Shown: one piece after another, positions 38,272 to 52,064 of the stretch
How the letters are laid out: each line of letters begins with the position of its first letter
Position numbering within the stretch: the first letter of the stretch is position 1
Assembly: GCA_973895155.1 (NCBI GenBank)
Contig: OZ316897.1
Coordinates: 18,572,457-18,636,456 of the forward strand
Length of the DNA: 64,000 bases
Direction of reading: 5' to 3'
Source: Marsupella aquatica
Taxonomy: Eukaryota > Plantae > Marchantiophyta
Position numbers and translations under genes: made by a program
Notes under the pieces: generated by a model
Database searches by the model: none
What the model saw: only the letters and a program-made list of their open reading frames with translations
What the model was told of the DNA's origin: nothing

Positions 38272-41200
38272 TCATCTGCTTCCTTCAAGCGTGGCAATCT
38301 CCACGAGAATCTTATGAAGAGCTTGTGGTCTAGAGAAGAATGGGGCATGATCACTACCCTTAACTTTAAAATACTTCTCCGGTGGATTTGCAAGTATTAT
38401 TGCGTCTTGGTTTGCGGCAGGCAAGGCGTTATCATCTGTTGTCCCAATAAAAAATCGCCGTACACTCCCATAGTTTTCACTAGTTAGGACAAGTTTCTCC
38501 ATAAGAGGAGCAAATGGAACAGGCCGCAATGACACTGCTGCCAACGCTATATCCTGTAATTTCATTCCATAAAAGAGGGCATCAGCATCTCAAATCCGCA
38601 ACAAGAGAAGACTGAACATATGTTTTTATTGGGTGGCAGGGTCATTCACGCTGTGTACCCCCTAAATATCCACCTAAATCTACCCGCGTTCTACACTACG
38701 TGAGGGCAAGGTCCATACAATGTGCTGAGTGAGTGACCCAGAACAATTCTCAACAAATGAACTGTAGATTAATGTACATTAAAAAAACTATCTCCTTCAT
38801 AAACATCAGCAATTATCCTCACTGAACAAGACTCCCACTATTCTTAGTGCGCAACAGTTCTATAGGCAAACGGAGATGTAAGGGAGGCCCATACCTTTGC
38901 TGGGCTTTGATTATAAAACACGTCTCTAATTAGAACTTTATCAACTTCCAGGGCAGTTGGAAAATTATTCGGTCCATTGCCATAGACGAAAGACTGAGCC
39001 GTCTGTAGAAGGTCATTCTCTGAGCCAGGCTGTGATACCAGTTAAGAAAACAGTCTCAGTGAACTGACATGGCAAACAAAAACTTGTTGGAGCGTTGGAA
39101 GCTGTCCTGATAAGAACAGTGTCCAAAGGTAGTGCTAGTTAGCCAAAGAGATCAATCAATCTAGCCACTACCCCATGCGCAGACAGGTAGACGTTGAGAC
39201 AAGAATACCTGTCGTGAGAAAACATCATAGGCTCTCTGCCCGTTAATAACCATTGCAGCCGCTACAAAGACAGCTTTGGATATTTTCTTTGAATGATGCT
39301 CCATAGCATATGATACACTGGCACCTCCCATGTTGTGGCCAACTAATATCACCTTCACAAGCCGTTGTCAACAGTTCAAAATTTAAGGCTCTGTCAACAA
39401 AGTACACCTGAGATACATTGTACACATGTACTAATGACGGCTGTAGCATGAAGTGACGAAGTCTGTCTCCCATCGCCAATTCAGTTGAATGTGTTCATTC
39501 CTGATGCAATGTTTTAATTCGGTCCATGTTAACTTCGAAGTCCGTGAATCAATCCACATTCCTTTTTCTGGAATCATTGTACTATTATTGACATACGCTT
39601 CACTGCAAAAAGTCGTTCTTTGAACTTTACAATGTAATCATATAACAAGAATTGTCTCAACCGAAATCGAATTAGAAACAGAAAAACACAACCCAGCACA
39701 ACACAACGTGGAAGGAGTAACTTAAGAACTAAGGTGACAAACTCGTGGGAGCCATCTACAGCACAGAAATTATAGGGACTCTGTCATTTAACTAACCTTC
39801 TTATTTTCCCCGAGTTTCTCAAGAAAGTCGAAAAGGGGCTTGGTGTATTGAGCAAGACTCATAATTTTGTTTGGATCTGTTTGATCGATCCCAGATCCAG
39901 TGAGATCAACGGCAGATGCAGTAAACCCCGACTCCTCCAAAAGTGCGATTGTTTTGTACCAGCACCACGCCCCGTGACCACCACCGTGAACTAACACAAA
40001 ATGCTTCGTTTCTACTTGTTCTAGTACCTTCTCAGTCTGCAGCCAAAACAAGACAATATCAGCAAGGAACTAAAAAAGCGTTACTCTCTCCCCTCACAAC
40101 ACAACGGATTGGAGCGAAACATTGCACAGAGCGATCAATTTTTTAAATAGACATACAATGCTGGCTACAGAGAATCAATGGACAAGAAAAAACATATTCT
40201 TTGCAATCCCGAGGTATATTTTCAGGCATCTGATCAGCACGCACAGAAGAGTCAAACGGATAAGACTCAACAAAAGCAGGCCATCGTATATTTGAAGGCA
40301 ACCTGACCATTTTTCTGACCTCAGAGCAACAAAAGAAGTCCCAAACAATTTCCTTTTGTCTCCGCAAAAGACAAAAGAAGTCCCAAACTGAGGGAGACTT
40401 CCGCTCTAAGTCTGTAGAGACAAGCGGAGACTTCCATGCCCTCGACGAAACCCTTTGCGCGGAAGTTTGGGACTTCTTTTATCTTCTTCTGAACTTGAGG
40501 GAGAGTACATCGCTCGTTTAAGGTTCTGCAGGAAGACCATAGAGCGATAAGGGAGAACTCCCATAGGTCACAACCCCTCTCTTAACCCAACATTATAGAG
40601 GTCTTCTCGCTAGTACGAAAGTCTTGTCAGCAAGGATATATATTTCGCATCCCAAAGGCCTTCAAGGTACCAAAACAGTCGCACTATTCGGAAACTTCGT
40701 TCCAAATGTATTGCCCTTCGAACCCATCACCTCTTCTAAGACAAGTCATCCACCGTGATACACCTATTTTTGGTATCACAAACTGAAGTGTATGTACAGC
40801 TTACCGCTAAAGCACCGGCCGCACTCCCTGGCTGAAACCGAGACTCACTAACTTAATTTTACATTCGACAGCTGAACACCTCAGACTGAGGTGAAAATTA
40901 CATGCAATAGCAGCAACAGGATGCACACAGATATGCAGAGACAGCCAGATAAGCAAACAATATTAAAAATCCCGGCGTTTAGAGATTTTCTGCAAAATCC
41001 ACTCTGAGAGCAAGTAACTAACGGGATTGATCGGTGTGGACTGGCTCAAAACCACAACCTCCTTCCCAGTCAATGGATGAAGGAATACAATGAAAGAAGT
41101 AAAAATATTAGAGCGCGTGCGCAGGGAAAGCCGTACATTGTATCTAAAGCTCGATCAACACATTACATTCTGAGCCAGCGCCTGAACTTCTGGAAGGTGA

Positions 41201-41782
41201 ATCCAGCTCTGACGCATGCCTTCGACGCAGATTAATACCCAAGCAAGGACTAAAAATTGAGATGAATTGAGGCCCTAAACAGGAGAAAACTTCTTTCTTA
41301 GTGGTGAAGGACGACATTCCAAATGTAGCCCAGAATAATGTCCATAGCCACATTTGGTCCCCAGCAAAGCTAGAGAAGCGTACTGAAAGGAAGAAATGAA
41401 ACAACGAGTTTTTTGAACTAAGATGGCAATCCAAATGATGCATGATACGGTCACGAAGACTGACCAAGCCGTTTAGTAGCTGGTGAGGATGCAACACGGG
41501 GTCAGTAACCGAGCGTGCTCTAGTGCTGGAACTACGAGGGAGCTTTCCGCTACTCGGAGCTGAAGCTCCTTGCGAGGTACGTTGGGACATAGAGCGCTCC
41601 AACCGCATTTGCGCTTTCTGATGCTGCTGCAAAGCTAACGCTAGAGCCTGCTGCTGTATCATCTCCTCCTCCATCGAACTCTTCTTATTATCTTTCAACT
41701 TTCCCCTTTGACTGCCTCCCTTCTTCTTCTTCGCTCTGCTGGACCAAGACCCCTTGGCCATCCCGGCTAACTGGTTCCCCAT
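38272..41782 (-). CDS. SABP2/methylesterase-family alpha/beta hydrolase with N-terminal extension (MES11-15-like), 5 exons (41782-41465, 40036-39797, 39352-39209, 39029-38895, 38553-38272), 372 aa
   Basis: HFVLVHGGGHGAWCWYK, VILVGHNMGG, DDNAL, GSDHAPFFS motifs; MGN start; exons join in frame. Confidence 0.93.
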
Positions 41783-42279
41783 GATCCCGCTTCCCTCTCC
41801 GTCCTCACCGACACCTTCAGCTCAAGCAAATCTTTCACATTCCGGCCTCCACATCCAGCCCTCTCTCATCCTTCACCTGAACCTCCTCTTTCCAAATGCT
41901 CACCCACATTTCCAACCTCTCCTCGTGCAAATTCTCCGTTCTTCGCGCTGCCAAATAGCCCTGCTCCATCATCGCCCCAAGCCCACATCACCTAACGCTC
42001 TCCGTCATCTCCATTTCGCAGCAGTCCATCGTCTTTGACTCACCTCTCCATCTTCCGCAACTAATCGTTCCTCCACAGCTGCGATCCTCCGAGCACCTCT
42101 GTACGTCACTCCGATCCGGAGCAATTGCTGTCCAAATCCTTCGAAGCGTTGTTGTACTGTACATTCCTCAGAGCTCTCCAGTGCGACCCTTTGAAGCTTT
42201 GTTGCACAGTAGATTCCTCAGATCTCTTCAGTGAGAGAGCTATTGAAGCTTCCATGTACAGTCAATTGCGCAGAGCGCT

Positions 42280-42705
42280 TCAGAGAGAGCCAGAGCGACT
42301 AATCAAGAGCCCAGAGCGACTAATCAAGACCAGACCAGAGCAGAACAGAGCAGAACAGAACAGAGCAGAACAGAACAGAACAGAGCTGAGCTGAACATAG
42401 CAGAGGAGAAACAGGGGAACAGAGTAAAGGAGAGCAGTGCCGCGCACTACTGCTGCTCCTCCTGAACCAAGCTCTGCAAAAGCCAGAGCAAATGTGCCAC
42501 CTCTTACAAGAACAACTCACTTCCCTCCGTTCGGACGGGACGAAAGCCCTTCGCCGCGAGAAACCCGGCTTCCCGTCCCGTCCCCTCCCGTCCCGTCCCG
42601 TGCTGTACCACACACTGTACTTTGCGTTGCTTTACCGGCCTGCCGGATCGGCATCCCACGCTACCTCAAACCGAACCGAACGGAACCTAACCGAACCGAA
42701 CGGCG
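42280..42705. repeat. Microsatellite-rich promoter/5' region upstream of the MES gene
   Basis: (CAGAA/CAGAG)n, (CCCGT)n and (CCGAA)n runs plus a 20-bp tandem duplication. Confidence 0.8.
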
Positions 42706-43559
42706 GGGCTCGAAACTCGCGCCCAGGCGATTACCGAGCCCGACGACGGTGACGACGGAGGGTCTGACCCATGGCGGAGAACGGGCGCCGTCGATCTCGG
42801 GAATCGACCTGCTCCATGATTGTGTTTTGACACGATTTCTGCTCTGTGCCTTTTTCGGGATGCAGAGACGTACGTAATGCATGCAACACCGCCTTTATTT
42901 TCAATTAAATAAACTTTTCTGTTGGGGTCTCCCAGACGAATCTGTTGCAGTTTTATATTGGCCATCTCATGGAGGCGGGTTCACACATAACTACAGTACT
43001 TGGATGTTTGACTTTTGGAGTTCAAGAGACCAAACATCCTGTGGCACCCAACAGAAGGGTATCCAGAACTTCATGAATATGCTCTATCCATAACTCCATG
43101 AATATGCACCAAGTTTTTCTTTTTCAATTTGCTGTACCTTACCTCCGTAGTTATGGGTATGGACAAGTTATGGATTATGGAATTTATGTCCATGATTTTT
43201 TGTCATAAAGATTAGTCTTATGTCATAACCATTAGTCACTGTAGAGGTTAACCATTAGTCACTGTAGAGGTTGGTGAAAGAAAAAATCAAAAAAAAATTG
43301 CACAATCTTGTGAAAAAGTTATGACCTATTCTTTATGACTGGATGTCATCATTCATAATTTCCAAACTTTGAGATGCCCTAAAGTTGCTACAGATAGTCC
43401 TGCACATAGTGCATGTCATTGAGACATGGGCATTGAAAGGATGGTGCAGAGAGAAGGGGGCCATAAAACTACTGGCTATTCAGACATGGGTTGTCCTATC
43501 TGACTAGCATGACAGTTGACATTGAATATAAAATCACTACATGGAATGCAAATTCCCTA

Positions 43560-43960
43560 ATGAAAAGAAGAGTTCCAATAGGGGGCGCCTCCATTGCAAT
43601 AATGGATGCGCAATCAAACTGAAGAATCTTTGATGTAGATATGATAGCAATTGCGCAACCCAAGAAATTTTTGAAGAGTGTGAACATCGATCCGAAGGCA
43701 TTGGCAGGAGCAGCATGATCAAATGAATGCCAAGGTATTTGCTGATGTTGAACTAAAAGAGGTGATTGCTAGACTTTCGGAGGCGGGTACATTCTACCCG
43801 GTGCTAGCAAGTGAATGGGTATTGTCGATTGTAGTAGTACCTCAAAGACAGCATTGGATAGTAAGCCAAAGATTTGGGCCTTCCAGGATTATAGGAAGTT
43901 GCATTACACCACTCGAAATGATCATTACCTACTACCATTTACGGAAATCAGGATTGAGGT
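43560..43960 (+). pseudogene. Ty3/Gypsy reverse-transcriptase relic
   Basis: KEVIARLSEAGTFYPVLASEWVLSIVVVP then, frameshifted, KIWAFQDYRKLHYTTRNDHYLLPF; matches the Gypsy RT N-terminal consensus. Confidence 0.85.
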
Positions 43961-44450
43961 AAACAACTTCAATCTTGGATTCGGTACTTTGGTTATAATC
44001 AGATTCGATTGGATCAAGTAAAAGGATCAGCTGAGGATGACATTGACCATAAATGCGCTGGCAGATTGACCAAACAAGAAGCATGACTACACTTCTTGTT
44101 TTGCCCATGGCCAGAAGCGTTTCTAAGGCAAAATAGATCCAAGAATAGACCAGATACCTACTCCACATTCTTTAGAAAACACACTTTCTGACAAACAAAA
44201 AGTAGTAAAGCATTCTCTGGGAAATTCCTCCATCTTAAACAACTCATGAGGTAAGGATGCCTCTGGACTACCAAGGAGTTTGGGTTGAGGGACATACGTT
44301 CCCAAGATGAATGTTTGGGCCAAGGTTGACTACCTAGGTGGAAACTCCTGCTGGATTCAGTATGAGCCTTCCATACCCAGCTGCTGGTGTCATTGTCTGC
44401 TGCCCAGACCCTGCTCTCGCCAATTATTTCCAGGTGTAACTAGCTATAAA

Positions 44451-44508
44451 TGGTGGATTTGAACCCTGGACCTGGCTTGCCTCATTTGAATGCCCTACCA
44501 CTACACCA
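44451..44508 (-). mobile_element. tRNA-derived SINE head or tRNA pseudogene
   Basis: Minus-strand A box TGGTGTAGTGG and B box GGTTCAAATCC at tRNA-like spacing; no convincing cloverleaf. Confidence 0.5.
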
Positions 44509-44592
44509 GAGTGTGGGTCATGTTCAGAGTAGTCTGTGGCTAGTGTAGTCTGTGGCTAATATTTAAGCCAATATTGGGGTCAGGCACGTTTG

Positions 44593-44938
44593 TGTTAGGA
44601 TTTACTCTTAGGTCTAGAGTTACGACTATACCGTAGTTAAGGCTAACCTTAGTTGCAGACTTGGTTAGGTTAGTCATGCTGTGCACACTCTATAACCAAG
44701 CAGTGTTTGCTTGGAGATGGGGGAACTCAGGTTCATTGTTACAGAGTTAGTTGAGAGATAGAGAGAGCTTGTGTTGTGGATGTTTGGTATGGCCGGTCGG
44801 CTTAGAGTGCAATAAAGCTCGTATGTGTTCCCGTGGACGTAGCCTCATGTGCAGGTGAACCACGTATCTCTCTGTGTCGACTCTTGTGCGTTGGATGGTT
44901 CATGGGCTTGTCGTTGCAATTGTCGTCTATGCTCTACA
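44593..44938 (+). mobile_element. Solo LTR with 5-bp TSD
   Basis: GTTTG|TGTTAGG...CTCTACA|GTTTG; homologous along its length to the 7449-7793 LTR. Confidence 0.95.
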
Positions 44939-45641
44939 GTTTGGGCAGCGGGCAACATCTCCCTAGCTAGTTGCATTGCAGGCTAATCACCATTGATTAG
45001 CCTGAGGCTTATTTTTCATCCTTAATCCTGCTGGTGGCTTGGCCCTGCTTTTGGTAGCACTCATGCTTGCCTTTGTTGAAACTTGCTTGTTCACGGTCTG
45101 CTCATGGTACCACTACATAACTAAGTATTGCTATGTGACTGGAGATATATATGACTTAGTTACTGCCAAACCAAAGAGAACCTTTACCAGGTTTGAATCT
45201 GACTCCATGTCTGGTGGAACCTCTTGCTTAAGTAGGAGCTACACCACTTTTGGTCCTTGGATACCTCCATGTGCACTATCTAGCTAACCCAGATCATTCT
45301 CTTATCTCAGCTCTTGGAAGTGTAGACTTGCTTACCAGACAAATGGAAGAACAAGCTCTGATATTAAGAGAGCTTGGCCTGCCTTATTACCCTCGATCAT
45401 GTGGCCGTTTGAAAAGGTTCAAGCCCATCATTACTCGGTGGTCGGGGTTGCATTGATCATGATAGTGTTCGAGTACAAAGTCCAAGTCCAAGCTTGAGAT
45501 TGTCAGTCCACTAATAACTATGCTATTTGTACTTTGCCCTGCTAGATTTCCAGCCTAATTAATGCTTAACTACCCTATCCCTACTCTTATTATTGTGGTG
45601 TCCCAGGTATGCAACTCTCCTTTTTATAAGACAAATGTTAA

Positions 45642-47150
45642 ATTCCTTATATAGTAATATATGGCTTTATATCCATCCAATTGATAATGTAAAGCTTTAT
45701 TTTAGCCTAGTAAAGTATTGCTTTCCAAACAAGAGGGGAATCAAATGGGACACACACTAAGAGGGAACAAATAATGCACATGCACTAGGATTAAAGAGGT
45801 CCCTCATCCATCCACAAGAAGTACAAGAGTACATAATGAATATGGTACTCTATACTAATAATTACAGTATTGCAAGTATTATAATATTGCATAATGTAAT
45901 AATGATATTAATTTAATTGAAGTAGGTTAATTAAACACAATAGGTTAGATGATCGAGAAAATACAATAATCTAATTATAGGAATTATTCATCCTTCGCAT
46001 GCATGGATGACAAGGAGGGGTACGTGAGGCATCTTTGATACTCACTCCCCAGGGACTCCCCCCTATCGCGTGTCAGTCCTCCCCTTGCACCTCAGTATTG
46101 GCCCTCAACCACAAGCTCTACCCTAACTAGCACAATAATATATTATTAAAAACTGTAATACATTCTTGGACCAATTTATGTTGTGGTAGTCATTCAAATT
46201 GTTGGGCTGTTTTGGGTGAAAGAAATCAAATAGCAGAAAAAAACCAAGGCTTAGCAACAACAAAAAATGTTGTCCCTTGGATGCAGGCCGAGGCAACCAA
46301 GCCCCGATTCCCTCCGCCCTGACAACCCCGACTCCTCCCAACTCCCTCCCGTAGGACTCCCCTTGCAACTTTCCTCCCTCCTGCCTAGTGCGCTACCTTG
46401 AGGCAAGGTGTGAGGCAACTCCCTCAACTTCCCTCCCAACACGCCCTTGCCCCTCGCACCACCCCCCTCCCGGGCTCCCTCCCTCACTCCCCACCTCACA
46501 CAGAACTACTCTCGCAGTGCCCCTGCGACTGGCTGGGATGGACAGCCAGGGTCTGGGGTCCAGGCACACTCAACTTGGACAGTGTCAAGTGAGCTATCCC
46601 CAGCCCTAACTCAACCCCTTCCCTTGGTTCCAACTCCCTGCTGAGCCCTTGGTTGTGTCGTGTCTTGCCACTTGGTTCTGCACTTAATGATGCATGGGTT
46701 GTGGGTGCGCAACAACATCACCATTTGCACAACAAAACTTAATACTTTATGACTTCTTTCACCTCAACAACATTTTTTTACTGAACAATGTCTTATACTT
46801 GGCGGCATCTTTTGGTTAACGACAGATCATCAACATCAACAACATCTTCTACTAATAAACATTTTGTATTTAATAACATTTGTTACTTGACAACATCTTG
46901 TTTGTTTAGGGTTAGTTTAGGACATAACATCTTTTTATTTCCTGACATCTTTAAGATAACAACATCTTTGACTTGACGACAACTTTGGCACCATGATATC
47001 TTTTTACTAAAAAAAAAACACCATCTTTTATGGAACATCTTTTGTGCAACGGTGGTATTGAGCTAGTTCCTTATATAATAATATACCACTTTACATCCAT
47101 CCAATTGATACTGTAAAGCTTATTTTAGTCTAATAAACTATTGTTTCTCT
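45642..47150. repeat. Two ~85-bp direct repeats (about 45642-45725 and 47067-47150) around a C-rich block and an ACAACATCT-rich tract
   Basis: TTCCTTATATA...CCATCCAATTGATA.TGTAAAGCTT...TATTG occurs twice. Confidence 0.6.
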
Positions 47151-48356
47151 CAGCCCAGAGAATTCAATCATCATGCATGATCATCATTGTGACATACGAC
47201 ACATCCCATCCTTCTTTCCATCCACATAAATTTGGGTGGATCCTAGAGTCACAGTCTAGAGGCTTCACTGTAGATTCCGCTTCAGTGTAGATTCCTAGAC
47301 CACAACTTCAGCTTCTCCTTGCCATTAGTTAGATAGATTACAATAAGAATTGGATAAGAATTCTTTACAAGAGAGACAGGGCTCACACAAATCTGAATTA
47401 AGCAAATACTCTTAGAAATCATTCAATGTCAGCTTCAGTTCTAAGCACAATGGTTGAAGGGAAAGGTTGGGCACGGAAGGTAGATGGTTTAAATGGCTTA
47501 GTAGACAACAGTCTTTTACAACTTAGAATGCCAAGATATAGGGACCCTAATTTGAGGGTACTCAAAACATAATTTCAAAGGAAGAAAAGAGAAGGTCTAA
47601 GGGGGTTCTGTCTGTGGTAAAAAAGTTGAGAAAAAATTTAGGAACTACAAAGTGTACACTACCTTCAAGCAATTTAACATAATCAAACAAAGACCTCTGG
47701 AAAATAGTACTCCTGAGTAGGTCAGGCGGATTGGCCATAAGGCTCATCATTAGGGGGATTGTCCATAATGGGATGCAAAAGAGTTGAGTCAAGGAATCCA
47801 AATATGTAACTTCATATGCTGCTATCATTTTGACTGGACGAGAAAGAGTTACTAATATTTCCTTGAAACTTATACGCTTGATCTCAAATGTGTGATCATG
47901 CAAATGGCTTTAAAAATTCTTTTTGATTCTGTTTCAAAATCAAAGTGTCTTATTATAGTAAAGGCCATCAAGGAGCACATGAGGTACGGAAAGAGGGTCC
48001 TAGTTGTTTTAGACACCCCAGTACTGGGGTAACTAGTCGCAGGTTAGCATTAGTGTTATTAATGTCCACAAAAACAAGGGAAGCAGCCCTAGTTTTGAGG
48101 GGCTTTATTCTCACAATTCCATAACTGGGAATTAACATATGAAACACATCAACCCGGGCATCAAGCTATGGAAAAACTGAAGTGATATTTTGGGAAAACG
48201 ACAAGAAAAATAGATTGGGAAAATTTGAAGGGCCATTCAACAATTTGTTGGCATGCAATTGGTTGCATGAATTAAAGATGGAAAATATTTGGCCATGCAG
48301 TATTAGATTTTGGAAATATTTGGCCATACGGTATTAGATTGTAGCATACAATACTA

Positions 48357-49043
48357 CACCGTTCACTGTAATTAGTGTTATGCCAGAATTAGTGTCGTGT
48401 CCAATTAGTGATAGTCACACTAATTTATGTGAGTTTGATCCGGAAGCAAAAGTAACACTAATTGGTGTCGGTTTTCAAATTATTATTTTAAGGTTTTGTT
48501 TGAATGTTTTGTTGTAGAGCATTTGGAAGTGAAAGCTTTGTAGTGGTGGAGGGCGAGAGTATCTACTAGGGATTTGAGGACTCTGTAACATTTACTCCCG
48601 CACGCAATCATTTTTGGAGGTTTTATTTCACATCCAACAGTAGAGTATTTGGAGGTGCGAAGAACTCTATAGTCATGGAGGCTAAAGCATCTATTAGGGA
48701 TCTTTTTCTCAGCTCACATTGAACTACCCCTCACATTGTGCTCATCAATCAATGTTGGCCTGAATGAGAATGACAACTGAATACGCTAACAAAGAGCCTG
48801 TGATGAGAGCCCTGGTTGCCATGAACATTGAAGTCCTATCATTCTGGCATCGCGTGATACAAGTCTAAAAGTCACATGAATTAGTGTTACAACTCGGAAT
48901 TAGTGTGACTAACACAAATATGCAAGTAGACCCAGAAAATGTGAGTGACTCGGAATTAGTGTGACTAACACAAATATGCAAGTAGACCCAGAAAATGGGC
49001 GTTCTCAAATTAGTCTTACTCACACTAATTAGGGTGAACAGTG
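48357..49043. mobile_element. TA-flanked non-autonomous TIR element, 687 bp
   Basis: TA|CACCGTTCACTGTAATTAGTGT...ACACTAATTAGGGTGAACAGTG|TA; subterminal AATTAGTGT repeats; internal ~57-bp tandem duplication. Confidence 0.85.
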
Positions 49044-51370
49044 TAGTTTTTCTCCATACAGTCCCGTCAATTTTTGGTATATCTTTTTTGTTTACAGGCT
49101 CAGGCTAACTATTTTGTCCAGCCAGCATTTTATTAACCTTTCCCTCAAATTGAGAGTTACTAACTACTCACCAAAACTCAATAAATTGTGAAGTACACTC
49201 CACTTTGTGAGGCTTTACTAAGTCCTCTCCAAAAGACTCCAAAACTCAATTAATTGTCATTCTCAAGTGCACTTCACTTTATGAGTGACCTCAGGATGTA
49301 ACCCCAGGCTGGCCTTCATTGGTCCAACACCACATGGCAAAGTGCTATTGGGTGCACATTACACTCCACTTTGTGATCTCAGGGTGTAACCGCAGGTTGG
49401 CCCTCATTGGTCCAACTGCACATGGCAAGGAGCTACTGGCTCCACATTACGACATGATCCCGGGTCAAAAGTTGGTCCAATTATTTTTTCAGGAAACCGG
49501 GTATGCAAATTGCGGACGCCAGGGCCATCGGGCCTGCAAAGACTCAGTATACAGTTTGCAATAGCGGGGGGTGAGGTGAGGAAGAATAGCCCAATCATAT
49601 GGCAGATGATTGCCCCACGTTACTCTTCTCTCTACATAGCAATGGAACCCCCCCCCCTAAAAAAAGGGAGTTTAGGTTTACTTTCTGAGGTTTCCTCGAT
49701 ATACAAAATTGAATTGCATTTAAGTTCAGTTTTGAGTACTGTAGTTAGTAAATCTTCTGGGATAAATTTAGAATGGAACAAGTTAGAAAAGAGCTGGTGC
49801 AGATAATCTACTCCTCGAGAGAAGGGAGGCATTGTGGAAGTTTAAGTTCTGTACAGTACAGAGAAATGTTTTCCTCGTGTTTCAATGTTTTCCTCGTGTT
49901 TCGATAGGCACACTACGGACCACAGGAAGGCCCCAACTTGTCGAGAGTTGATAGTTGCTCCACGTCAGATGTCGAATCGCCCACACGCAGATTTGGCGTT
50001 ATTTGTGCTCAGAACGACTCACTGTTCGGTCGGTGCAGGAGTCGCTGCGAATTTAGAACGAGTGCGTTGATCAATGTCGCGATTACTGACTGACCCGAAA
50101 ATGAATGTGCACGCCTCCGTTTCGTAGACCGTTGTAATGTTTCGGCCGTCTCCATAATTTTACGATCCGGACAATTAGTTTGGTTTACACACCTATCTGT
50201 TCTACGGCCCGCCCTTCGTAACTCGTCAGAGCCGTTTCAATCCGAAGGATCCAAAGGAACTTTAGCAGAGATTTTGGCTTGATTGAATGATGCACCAAGT
50301 TCCACGTCAAGTGTTTGCTGTCGCAACGTCCTTATCTGGTGAGTTTTGTGTCAGACATGAAATCCTTCTGAATTCGAGAATCGTGGCGCTATCAGCTAAG
50401 TTTGAGTCAATCGTACGATCGTCTAGAGATTTGGAGAACATTAGGATGTAGACTTTAGAGTCATCTATCCGGTTGTTTTTGATCTGTGTGCTGCTCTTAG
50501 TGAAATAAGTGTCTCGCGAGCAAGTTCGTGAACTTCGTACACAGACGTACACGTTTACTTTGGTAGGAACGTGTGTACCCACACTAACCATCCGACTTTT
50601 GCAAGGGATACAATCATGAGTATTTCGAACTTAGTACTAACCTCCACAGATGCAGGTCGCACTTGTGTATTTTACTTACAAAATGTAGGTAATGATTACA
50701 TATACAACAAACATCCGTCGAATCGACGAAGGAACATGTAATGGAACTCCTGCAGAAGATAAATGCATGCTTCGCGTATGTGTTTCTGCCAGTACTCAGT
50801 ATTCTCTAGTCAGAAAACACTCTGGTCTAGGCAAGTTAATCATTTATGTACTGTCTTCTCGAAACGACTACATTCGAAATACACCGGCCGAGCCCAACTG
50901 CGCTCGCAAGTATGTCGAAACGCAGCTAGTCGTCCAACTCTCTCTGGTCCCAATCACTCACCGAGCGACTCATGCGCCTTCCATCAATTCAGCTCATCTC
51001 ACTGCCGACATCAGAAAACCACACGTACGTTACAACAGGACAACATACCACATCCGAAGAATGATCCATACAGAAATCACTATGATTCAGATATACAAAA
51101 CAACCTACTCCTCGGACGCACAATAATAGACAAACTGGAGCACCTCGACAGCATGCACAAATGACTGAACTCCAGTCATAGCAGACACTCTCAACAGCTG
51201 ATCTACTTCTTTTGCTGGCTCGCAAGAGCACTCTCCTCCCAACAATCACTCCTACAGTTCCACGAGCCAGACCATGTATCTACGCAACATCGTAACAACA
51301 AACACATCAAAATACTTCAGGTTTTGGGACTGGAGGAAGCAAGCCAGGGTCTTAGCAAAGTAACGCACCT

Positions 51371-51568
51371 CTACCATAAACCAAACGCCCACTCGAGCGC
51401 GAAGAAGAGAATCGCGAAGACAATGGCATGCACGATGATCGACGACAAGCTGGTCCGGTTGTTGGTGAACTCGACCGGCCTCTCATCTCCGGGAATCTGG
51501 AGCAGAAGCCCGGGCGACAGGAGGATGAACAGAATGACCGCGATCGCGAGCGAAATCAGCGCCACCAT
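51371..51568 (-). CDS. DUF3339-family small membrane protein, 65 aa
   Basis: IAVILFILLSPGLLLQIPG...VEFTN.RTS..SI.VHAIVF is the family signature; ATG at 51568. Confidence 0.9.
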   Translation of the reverse strand: MVALISLAIAVILFILLSPGLLLQIPGDERPVEFTNNRTSLSSIIVHAIVFAILFFALEWAFGLW

Positions 51569-52064
51569 CTTGACTCCCTGTTCTGAAGAACCCGCAAACG
51601 CGTCACGCAATTCCGCAAAGCTCGACCGAAGCTCCTTTCTCAATCTCTCTTCCGAATCGAGACGCTTCAATCCACGAAGCTCTAGACTGATGCAAGACTA
51701 GTGTGAGACTGAGCTCGAAGACGAAGACGAGGAGAGGATATACAGTCGGCGGAGGACTGGTGGCAAATCCGACTCCAGGGCGGTTCGAGCCACGGGAGAG
51801 GCCAACCAGGGTCAGAAAGCGGCACATCTAACGGCGGAGCGCGTGCGAGGGACATGGGAGTGGACTCAAGCCGTGGATGGGAGGGGGTGAAGTAACTACG
51901 GTATGGAGGCCACCTCAGTACCTATCCCGCATGTCCCGGGTGCCGGGTGCTCTGTTACTAGTCAGCATGCACGGCGAAGATAAGGCGCGTGGCTAGGGAC
52001 GTACCTGACCTGGCGTCGGTGTTGTCATCGTTGCAGTTGGCTAGTCAGGAACTGGGGGAGGAGG

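Noticed and set aside
13683-41782. UGT pair plus methylesterase as a biosynthetic gene cluster
   Set aside because: No scaffold-forming enzyme, an unrelated CtpA gene intervenes, and the esterase lacks its nucleophile
44451-44508. Functional tRNA gene
   Set aside because: A and B boxes are present but acceptor and anticodon stems do not form convincingly
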